Part shown: in pieces, positions 40,783 to 50,122 of the stretch
Numbering within the stretch: position 1 is the first letter of the stretch
Layout of the letters: every line of letters begins with the position of its first letter
Origin: an uncultured delta proteobacterium
GTDB taxonomy: Bacteria > Desulfobacterota > Binatia > UBA9968
DNA: 64,000 bases
Direction: 5' to 3'
NCBI GenBank assembly: GCA_963771465.1
Contig: CAVYTU010000014.1
Span: 352,001-416,000 of the forward strand
Translations under genes and position numbers: made by a program
Notes under the pieces: generated by a model
Seen by the model: the letters and a program-made list of their open reading frames with translations, nothing else
Databases searched by the model: none
Told to the model about the DNA's origin: nothing

Positions 40783-41274
40783 CTATTGGTTGAACGAGCC
40801 GGGATCGAAGGCGGCGCCGTTGAGTGTGTATTCGCTCTTAACTTCGGTCGGCCGGCGGATGGTTTGGATCACGTAGCAGCCTGCTTCGGCGTTGCGCACG
40901 ACCTTGGCAATTTTTTCCGGCGCTTCCTTCGAAGTGATCTCGCAGCGCGTCTCGACGCCTAAGCCCTCCGCTTGCACCGTTTCGCGCAGCACCGAGCCTT
41001 CGTTCTTGAAACGCGCCGCAACGTAAACCTTGGCGTGGTCGATATGAGTTTTGAGCATTTCGCCGTACCGGGAAATCTGCGTCAGCAGTCAAAACCCCAC
41101 AGACAAGCCGAAATAAGCCAACGGCGGCGGTGCGGTATTATCGCCGCCGATTCGTTCGCCTTCATCGCAATAGACGGTGAAACCGCGCGCATGCCCTTCC
41201 TTGCGCATGCGTTCCAAGGTCTCGGCATCGGCCTCGAGAACGATCTCGCGTTTCACTTGCATGTCATCGGCCAT
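40783..41274 (-). CDS. OsmC-like selenoprotein (UGA at 41089-41091 read as Sec)
   Basis: ORFs 41089..41274 and 40783..41058 are one frame: DE..IGGDNTAPPPLAYFGLSVGF-U-LLTQISRYGEMLK...AEAGCYV; UGA at the first OsmC Cys position; hairpin downstream. Confidence 0.85.
41055..41080 (-). promoter_or_regulatory. Putative bacterial SECIS element
   Basis: GC(AG)AUUUC-CCG-GUA-CGG-(C)-GAAAU-GC; apical loop starts with G 21 nt after the UGA. Confidence 0.7.
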
Positions 41275-41341
41275 AGAGTGTCCTCCCGAGTAAAACTCTT
41301 AGTTTTCATAGCCGAGCCGGCGCCGATTGGCAATGCAGCGG

Positions 41342-42402
41342 TTATTCTTTCCGACTCAAGCGATATTCTTCGTCGTAGAGATCGATCAGCGCGGCAAGTA
41401 AAGCGAACCAAACGGGACCCAAGATCAATCCGAGCGCGCCGAACACCGCCAAGCCGCCGAGGATGCCGAACAGCAGAAAAATCGTCAGCATTTGCATTCT
41501 TGAACCGATAAAGATTGGCTTCAGAACGTTATCGATCGTCACCACCACACCCAAGCACCAGGCGAGCAAGATAATGCCCCTGACGTTGTTGCCTTGCAAG
41601 AACAGCTAGAGGCAGGCTGGAACGGTCACGAGCGTGGTTCTGCCCAGGGGGATCAGCGCGGCGAACGCCGTCACCACGCCCCAGAGCGCCGAGTAAGGCA
41701 CCCCGGTCAACCAAAAAGCCAATCCCGCGAGAAGTCCCAGGACCCTAGCCACCAGCAAGCAGCGATGCACGACCGCGGTCACGGCATTGACGATATTTTG
41801 AAATAACCCTTCTTGATGTTCACGTTCCATCGGCAAGAGCCGGCGCAGCCGGGCGGTGAATTCAGCGCCATCGCGAAAAACAACGTGACCAATACGATGA
41901 CGAAGTTAACGGTGAAGAGGAGAACGTTTTGCGCCAAGCCTTTCACTTGCGCCACGAGAACAGATGACGAAGCTTGCGCCGCTTGCACGATTAACTCTTT
42001 CCAATTGATTTGAAATCCACCGACCGGAACGACACCATATCCCACCAGCCGATAACCTGGCTCACCCACGGCGTGGCCAGCCACTGCGCCAAACCTTCAC
42101 CGCTCACAAGCGCGCGCACCGACTGCACCGATTCTACCGCTTCATCAGCCAAAACCGCGCCAGCTCGACGCCGGGGACCACGACTAACAGCTCGATCAAG
42201 GCAATGACGATAAAAGCGCCGCCAGCGTCGCGCGCCCGCGTAGGAGCTTGGTCAGCCAGGTATAGAGTGGATAGACGAGGATCGCCAAAATCACCGCCCA
42301 CGTGATCACGGGTAAAAACGGGCTCAGAATCAGAAACGCGCCGTAAAGAATCAGCAGAAAGAGCGCAAAGAAGAAAGCTGGCACGAGCCAGGTTTGGTTC
42401 AC
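41342..42402 (-). pseudogene. AI-2E family transporter pseudogene
   Basis: Fragments ILSPFL..WAVILAILVYPLY, RDG..LLPM, LWGVVTAFAALIP, IDNVLKPIFIG, FGILGGLAVFGALGLILGP spread over several frames plus in-frame TAG at 41606-41608. Confidence 0.85.
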
Positions 42403-42552
42403 CGTCGAACCTCCTTGTCAATTTTTCCACCTCTACGCACAAGGTTTCAGTGCGGCAAGTGCGCCGCCGATTGAGCGATTGCCGACTGCCGACTCGCCAT
42501 AGTATAGATGCGATGAATCTTGCGAGTGAACTGACCCAGCAAGGAATCAGCC

Positions 42553-42867
42553 GTGACGCCTAGGCGAAGTCTCAGGACAATCCTGTTTGTTACTGGAGCC
42601 GGATTGGTTCTTGCCGGCGCGGCATGGAGTGCCGAAAGCGGCATCAGCAAAACTCCAGACGCGACTGGCAAGTTTTGCCACCTCAAGTTCCCGGCGATCC
42701 GCGAGGACACGCTCTACAGCGATCGGCCCATGCTCAAAGACGCCGGCAGCGGCGATATCGTCGACATCTACGCGCCCTGCGATTACGATCCCTTGGGCAA
42801 AGACGAAGTCGCGCGCCAACAAGCGCATCGCCGCCATCTGCGCGATCACCATCTGTACAGCGACTGA
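42553..42867 (+). CDS. Small secreted hypothetical protein with two Cys
   Basis: AAGGA RBS before GTG, signal peptide ending AWS-A, FCHLKFPAIREDTL...APCDYDPLGKDE. Confidence 0.7.
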   Translation: MTPRRSLRTILFVTGAGLVLAGAAWSAESGISKTPDATGKFCHLKFPAIREDTLYSDRPMLKDAGSGDIVDIYAPCDYDPLGKDEVARQQAHRRHLRDHHLYSD

Positions 42868-43314
42868 GTGAGCGCGAGAGTCGTCGGTTCTGATTAGCAA
42901 AAATCTAAAATCTCCAAGCGCTGTGATGCCCGGCAAAAACCTCATCGTCGGACGATCCCGACAAATGTGCTGGTGCGAGCGGACGGGTCATCAGATGATA
43001 GTAACGAGTTGGAGAGCTAAAAACGCCCACTCATTCCTCAGCCCTTTATGAGGGGGATAGTAGGAAACATCTTTCTGAGATATGTACACGCAGAAGCTAT
43101 CACAACGAGCCTTCAGGAACGGCCGTTTATTTGTCGGTCATGAGATGGATGCGAAAGCCTTGCAGGGTCGGACACAAAAGTCGGCAACGAGGTTTGTTTA
43201 GAAAGTACCGCTCCCGTATGTTTTCTAGTTCCGGTTTCGCCGGTGGCGCGCCCAGTCGAAGCACCACTTAAAGCATGCGGGAATGACGGACTTAACGCGG
43301 CGAGTAAACGAAAC

Positions 43315-46257
43315 ATGAACCTTCGTGACATGCCTTTGATTCGCTATTTCGGCGGCGGGCGCGCGCGCGGCCGGTTGATGCGCGAGTACTTTTTGATCTC
43401 GGTGCTGCTCGTCGGCGGTGGCCTGATCGCCAGCGGCGCCATCGAAATCTACTACAGCTTCCAGGAGAGCCAGGAGCACTTGGCCGACGTGCAGCGCGAA
43501 GTCGCCACCGGCGCGGCGATTAAAATCGAGCGGTTTGTGCATGAGATCCACAACACGCTCAAAGGCGCGACGCGCAGCCGCGAGATCGCACCGAAAGGAT
43601 TGACCGACGAGTTCCGTTTTGAACTGGAAAAGCTCTTATTAATCGCGCCGGCGATTACCGAGGCCGTGGCGCTCGACCGCGACGGCGCCATCCAGGTCCA
43701 GGCCTCGCGTCTGCGTACCGTGCTGCCCGACGCGAAAAAAGAAGCTGCCAGCGCCGGCGCTTTTCAAACCGCCAAGGGCGGTAAATCTTTTTTCGGCCAA
43801 GCCTATTTCGTGCGCGGCTCGGAACCTTACATGACGGTCGCCGTGCCGATTGAACGCTTCGCCGGCGACGTGATCGGCGTGCTCCAGGCCGAGGTCAATC
43901 TCAAGTACATCGGCGACGTGGTCAATAATCTAACCATCGGCAAAGCCGGCTATGCCTACGTCATCAGCAAGAGCGGCGAGCTCATCGCTCATCCGGACAT
44001 CAGTCTGGTGTTGCAGCGAAAAAACGTCTTGCAGCTGGAATCGACTCAAGTGGCCTTCGGCACAACCGGCACGACACAACAACAGCAACGGGCCCTGGTC
44101 ACACCGAATATTCAGGGCAAAAAGGTTTTGAGCGCGTCGGCGATCATTCCCGGCTTCGATTGGGCGATCATCATCGAGCGGCCGGTGGAGGAAGCCTACG
44201 AGCCGGTTTATGCCTCGATCGTGCGCACGGCGACACTACTCCTGCTGGGTCTCGGCTTGGCGTTGATCGCGAGCTTGTTCTTGGCGCGCCGCGTCATCCG
44301 TCCCGTGGGTATCTTGCGCCAAGGCGTCGAGCGCATCGGCGCCGGCGAACTGAGTCATCGCCTGGAGCTCAAGACCGGCGACGAGATCGAAGTACTGGCC
44401 GATGAGTTTAATAAAATGACCGCGCAGCTCGAAGAGTCCTATTCGAACCTGGAGCAAAAAGTCGAAGACCGCACCCAAGAATTGACGGAATCTCTCGCCC
44501 AGCAGACGGCCACCAGCGAGGTGTTGCGCGTGATCAGCAGCTCGCCGACCGACGTTCAACCCGTCTTCGATACGATCCTAACCGATGCTTTGCGGATCTG
44601 TGAATCCCACTACGGAGCGATCTTCCGCTTCGACGGCGCAGTCTTTCATCTTGCCGCAACCGCAAACGTTACGCCGGAACTACTGGCGCATTTGACCAGC
44701 AGTCCGATCAAACCCGGACGACAGAGCGCCTTGCGGCGCGTCGGCTTGGAACACCAGCCGGTGCACATCGCTGACGTGCTCGCCGATCCCGAGTGCGAGC
44801 TTCCCGAAGCCTACCGCAAGGAAGGCCTGCGCAGCGTCTTAGCGGTGCCGTTGCTCCGGGAGAATACGCTCATCGGCGCAATAACCATTCACCGTCGCGA
44901 CGTCAGGCCTTTCAGCGAAAAGCAGATCGCCCTACTAAAAACCTTCGCCGACCAGGCGGTGATTGCGATCGAAAACGTGCGCTTGTTCCAAGAACTTGAA
45001 TCCAGAAATCGCGAAATCACCGAAGCGCTGGAGCAACAAACCGCAACCAGCCAAGTATTAGGTGTCATCAGCAGCTCACCGAGGGATTTGAAACCGGTTT
45101 TCGAATCTATTCTCGCCAACGCAGCGCGGCTCGGCAGCTCCGACTACGGGGTCATTTTTAGATTTGACGGCGCGCTATTTAGTCTGGCAGCGGCCCACAA
45201 TCCTTCGCCGCAGCTCATGACATTGGCAGATCGAACCTTTCCGCCGCAACGAACCACGGCAATCGGCCGCGTCGGTTTGGAGCGGAAGGTCATCCATATT
45301 CCCGATGTGAGTGTCGATCCGGAATGGCAACCCCCGGAAGAGTACCGCGCGGAGGGAATAAAAACCGTTCTCGCCGTCCCCATGCTTAAGGAAAACACTT
45401 TGGTCGGCGTCATCGCGGTCTACCGTCGCGAAGTCCGGGCATTCACCGAGAGCCAAATCGCCCTGCTGCGGACCTTCGCCGACCAGGCGGTCATCGCCAT
45501 CGAGAACGTCCGCTTGTTCCGCGAGTTGGAAGAAAAAAATCTCCAGTTGGAAATGGCGAGCAAGCACAAGTCGCAGTTCCTCGCCAACGTCAGCCACGAG
45601 CTGCGTACGCCGTTAAATTCTATCATCGGCTTTACTCGGATCGTGCTGCGCCGCAGTGAAGGCAAGCTCGAAACCTTGCAGAAAGAAAACCTGCAAAAAG
45701 TTTTGATCAGCTCCGAGCATCTGCTGGCCTTGATCAACGAGCTGCTCGATCTCGCCAAGATCGAGTCCGGCCGCATGGAAGCATACGTCGAAACGTTCAA
45801 GCTCGACGACATTCTCCGCGTCGCCACCACCACGGTGGAACCGCTTTTGAAAACTGGCCGGGTAACACTGCTGACTGAAATCGCGCCGGATATTCCGCCG
45901 CTCAAAACCGATCGCGACAAGTTGAAACAGTCGGTGCTCAATCTGCTCAGTAACGCGGCGAAGTTTACCGAGCGAGGTGAGATCAAAGTCGCCGCCTGGC
46001 GTGACGACGGGCTGTTGAAGCTCACGGTTTCCGATACCGGCATCGGCATGAAGCAAGAAGCCTTGCAATACATCTTCGACGAGTTCCGCCAAGCCGACAT
46101 GTCGAGCACGCGCAAATACGGCGGCACCGGCTTGGGACTGGCCATCGTGAAAAAATTTATCAATCTAATGGGCGGCGACATCGTCGTCGAAAGCCAAGTC
46201 GGCCAAGGCTCCAAGTTCACCATCACTCTGCCGATGGAGCTGAGACCGGGAGCGTAA
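43315..46257 (+). CDS. Sensor histidine kinase (dCache-HAMP-GAF-GAF-HisKA-HATPase)
   Basis: Two TMs flanking GYAYVISKSGELIAHPD Cache; HAMP DEIEVLADEFN; two GAFs ending FADQAVIAIENVRLF; SHELRTPLN, NLLSNAAKFT, GTGLGL. Confidence 0.93.
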   Translation: MNLRDMPLIRYFGGGRARGRLMREYFLISVLLVGGGLIASGAIEIYYSFQESQEHLADVQREVATGAAIKIERFVHEIHNTLKGATRSREIAPKGLTDEFRFELEKLLLIAPAITEAVALDRDGAIQVQASRLRTVLPDAKKEAASAGAFQTAKGGKSFFGQAYFVRGSEPYMTVAVPIERFAGDVIGVLQAEVNLKYIGDVVNNLTIGKAGYAYVISKSGELIAHPDISLVLQRKNVLQLESTQVAFGTTGTTQQQQRALVTPNIQGKKVLSASAIIPGFDWAIIIERPVEEAYEPVYASIVRTATLLLLGLGLALIASLFLARRVIRPVGILRQGVERIGAGELSHRLELKTGDEIEVLADEFNKMTAQLEESYSNLEQKVEDRTQELTESLAQQTATSEVLRVISSSPTDVQPVFDTILTDALRICESHYGAIFRFDGAVFHLAATANVTPELLAHLTSSPIKPGRQSALRRVGLEHQPVHIADVLADPECELPEAYRKEGLRSVLAVPLLRENTLIGAITIHRRDVRPFSEKQIALLKTFADQAVIAIENVRLFQELESRNREITEALEQQTATSQVLGVISSSPRDLKPVFESILANAARLGSSDYGVIFRFDGALFSLAAAHNPSPQLMTLADRTFPPQRTTAIGRVGLERKVIHIPDVSVDPEWQPPEEYRAEGIKTVLAVPMLKENTLVGVIAVYRREVRAFTESQIALLRTFADQAVIAIENVRLFRELEEKNLQLEMASKHKSQFLANVSHELRTPLNSIIGFTRIVLRRSEGKLETLQKENLQKVLISSEHLLALINELLDLAKIESGRMEAYVETFKLDDILRVATTTVEPLLKTGRVTLLTEIAPDIPPLKTDRDKLKQSVLNLLSNAAKFTERGEIKVAAWRDDGLLKLTVSDTGIGMKQEALQYIFDEFRQADMSSTRKYGGTGLGLAIVKKFINLMGGDIVVESQVGQGSKFTITLPMELRPGA

Positions 46258-46322
46258 TCCGCAAAAGGTGAACGGCAAGGGGTTGGCGGTTATCCTTAAC
46301 CCCGCCGCTGAAAGGAAAAACT

Positions 46323-46688
46323 ATGGCGAAAAAAACCATACTCGTCGTCGACGACACCGACTGGAATCGCGACTTGCTGGTGCAGCTCTTGGAGGAAGAC
46401 TACACGATCTTGCAAGCGGTCGACGGTGCTGACGGCGTGCGCATGGCCGAAGAGCACAAACCCGACCTGATCCTCATGGACTTGGGCATGCCGATCATGG
46501 ACGGCTGGGAAGCGACGCGCACGATCAAGGCGAACGACGCGCTTAAAAATATCCCGATCATCGCCGTCACCTCCCACGCCATGGTCGGTGACGAGATAGA
46601 TGCGCGCAAAGCCGGCTGCGACGATTACCTATCCAAGCCCATCGACGACGAAGCGCTGATACAAAAAATCAAGCGCTTCATCGGTTAA
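46323..46688 (+). CDS. Single-domain response regulator (DivK-like)
   Basis: ILVVDD, LILMDLGMP, AVTSHAM, YLSKP. Confidence 0.93.
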   Translation: MAKKTILVVDDTDWNRDLLVQLLEEDYTILQAVDGADGVRMAEEHKPDLILMDLGMPIMDGWEATRTIKANDALKNIPIIAVTSHAMVGDEIDARKAGCDDYLSKPIDDEALIQKIKRFIG

Positions 46689-46806
46689 ACTGGGATTTTC
46701 GATGCCCGATTTTTGCAACGAAATGAAAATCATTTTTCGGGCTCAATTTTCCAGTTCCTGTTTCGACAACCCAGAATCGAATATTCTCAATGATCCTAGG
46801 TGACCT

Positions 46807-47889
<1,083 letters not shown>

Positions 47890-48068
47890 TCACCGAAGCG
47901 ATAAGTTTCTTCACAGCGGGCACAAAGGTCGCGGAGATATTTCAAATTTTCTTTCTTGCGTTCTCAGCGCCTCAACGGTGAGTTTTCTTGGTCGTCGATA
48001 GCGCTTGAAAGCCCGCTGGAAAGTCTGCCCAAGATGAAAAGTTTGCGCTATAGTAGCCCTACCGAACC

Positions 48069-48995
48069 ATGAAGCAGCGCGAAGCCACACCGGTCGATAA
48101 GTCCATCCGCGTGCGTTTTTGGGGCGTGCGCGGCAGTTATCCGACCACTGACCGGAGCAGCCGCGCCTTTGGCGGCAACACGTCTTGTGTGGAGGTTACG
48201 GCTGGCGGCCAACGTCTCATCTTCGACGCCGGCACCGGGATCATTGCGCTGGGCAAGGAGATCTGTAATGGCGCAAGCGCGCGTCCGGCCGCCTACGTGT
48301 TCTTGAGCCACACCCATATCGACCATGTGATGGGACTATGTTTTTTTGAACCGTTGCTCACGTCTGACGCCCGTTCATTCATCTACGGTCCGGGCAACTC
48401 CCATCGGGCGCTAAGCCGAAGCTTGCAACAGTTGACGCACAGCGACCTGTTCCCGGTATCCTTCGATGAGCTTAAAGGGAAAAAGGAAGTCCACTCGCTG
48501 ATCGGCGGTGAATCGATTCGTTTTCGTGGGCCCGGCAAACGACCCTTCGTCGAAAAGCATTCCACGCCGGCGCAACCTGGCGCCAGTGAGCTCACGGTCG
48601 TCGCCCATAAGAGCCCCGCCCACCCGCGCTTCGGCGTGATGCTTTACCGGGTCAACTATCATGGCAAGAGCGTGGTCTACGCCACCGACATCGAAGAGCA
48701 GGAAGGCGGCTATCCCGACGTGATTGAATTCGCCCGCGGTGCCGACCTGCTGATTCACGACGCGCAGTATCTGCAAGACGAGTACGTTTCGACTTCGAAA
48801 CCAAAAAAAGGTTGGGGCCACAGCACCATCGAAATGGCCACCGCCGTGGCCCAAAAAGCCGACGTCAAGCGGCTCGTGTTATTTCACCATGAGCCGCTTC
48901 ACGACGACCGCGCCATGGGCAAAATCGAGCAGCGTGCCAAGAGCCTCTTCCCATCAACAATCACCGCGCGCGAGCAGCGCGAGCTAAAATTGTAG
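48069..48995 (+). CDS. MBL-fold metallo-hydrolase, putative cyclic nucleotide phosphodiesterase
   Basis: VRFWGVRGS, GGNTSC, DAGTG, SHTHIDH, IHDAQY, GWGHS, FHHEP. Confidence 0.85.
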   Translation: MKQREATPVDKSIRVRFWGVRGSYPTTDRSSRAFGGNTSCVEVTAGGQRLIFDAGTGIIALGKEICNGASARPAAYVFLSHTHIDHVMGLCFFEPLLTSDARSFIYGPGNSHRALSRSLQQLTHSDLFPVSFDELKGKKEVHSLIGGESIRFRGPGKRPFVEKHSTPAQPGASELTVVAHKSPAHPRFGVMLYRVNYHGKSVVYATDIEEQEGGYPDVIEFARGADLLIHDAQYLQDEYVSTSKPKKGWGHSTIEMATAVAQKADVKRLVLFHHEPLHDDRAMGKIEQRAKSLFPSTITAREQRELKL

Positions 48996-49025
48996 CAACC
49001 GCATGGGCAGAGCTTTGAGTCTATC

Positions 49026-49988
49026 GTGAAATTTTTTCTGGCAACTTTTCTCTTCCTCATCGCCGCGACGGCGCGAGCCCAGACGCCGATTCTCCGCGTG
49101 GCCATCTTGGTGCAGGAGATGGGCCGGGCGCAGTCCCAGGCTTTCAAAGGCGTGAGCGCTGAGCTTTCCCGACTCGGCTACCGCGAGCGCAATAACATCA
49201 AGTTTGAAATCCACGATGCCAGGGGCGACCGTAGCGCCCTGCAAGGGGCGGCCAAGGAACTGGCGGTAAAAAAAGTCGCGGTGATTTTCACCGCCGGCAC
49301 GCGGGCAACTTTAGCCGCCACCGCGGCGACCCGCGATATACCTGTGGTGTTTGTGCATCCCGGCGATCCCCAGACCGCACGCCTGATGGTTGGCTCGGGC
49401 ACCGCGGCGGAAAATCTCACCGGCGTGGCCGCCTACGCGGCGGAGACCACTGAGAAGCGGCTGGCGTTATTCAAACAAATTTTGCCCGCGCTGACGAAAA
49501 TTTATGTGTTCTATGACGCCAACAACAATTTCTCCCGAAAAAACGTTGCTCTGGTCATAGCGGCGGCGAAAAAGTTGGACCTGGCGCTTGACGCCCAGGC
49601 GATAAAGTCGACCGATGAGTTGAAGACGACTTTGGGCAATTTGCGCGCTGAACCTCGGGCGGCGATTTTTCAGATCACCGACGATCTAATCGAGAACGAA
49701 GCGGAGTTTGTTTTTGCCACGGCGCGGCAGAAGAAGATTCCGACGATGTTTAACGAAGAGTCGTGGGCGATCGGCGGCGCGACCGCGGCTTATGGCCCGA
49801 GTTATTTCGAAATGGGCCGCTTGGCCGGCCAGAGCATCGATCAGATCATCAAAGGCAAAGCGCCATCGACGCTGCCGATCCTGCGCGCGACCCAATTCGA
49901 TCTGACGTTGAACTACCGGGCCGCCACCTACATTGGTTTGCAACTGCCCAAAGATCTGCTGAAGCAAGCGAACAAGATCATTCGTTAG
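49026..49988 (+). CDS. ABC_sub_bind family substrate-binding protein
   Basis: Signal peptide, ATRDIPVVFV, NLTGV, KRLALFKQILP, AYGPSYFEMGR, LTLNYRAA. Confidence 0.85.
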   Translation: MKFFLATFLFLIAATARAQTPILRVAILVQEMGRAQSQAFKGVSAELSRLGYRERNNIKFEIHDARGDRSALQGAAKELAVKKVAVIFTAGTRATLAATAATRDIPVVFVHPGDPQTARLMVGSGTAAENLTGVAAYAAETTEKRLALFKQILPALTKIYVFYDANNNFSRKNVALVIAAAKKLDLALDAQAIKSTDELKTTLGNLRAEPRAAIFQITDDLIENEAEFVFATARQKKIPTMFNEESWAIGGATAAYGPSYFEMGRLAGQSIDQIIKGKAPSTLPILRATQFDLTLNYRAATYIGLQLPKDLLKQANKIIR

Positions 49989-50122
49989 CTGGTATAATGT
50001 CGGACGCTAACCCACACATGACGCAATAGACGCGCAATCGATCTTGGTCTTTGATCGTGGTCGCAGTACAGCGACGTCGCATGCGGAAATTACAGACTCC
50101 TAACTGAAGCGAAATTTTACCC

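Noticed and set aside
42923-42992. Possible riboswitch-like structure upstream of the kinase (gatgcccg...cgggtcatc)
   Set aside because: Pairing is short and lacks c-di-GMP or other known consensus; not supportable by eye
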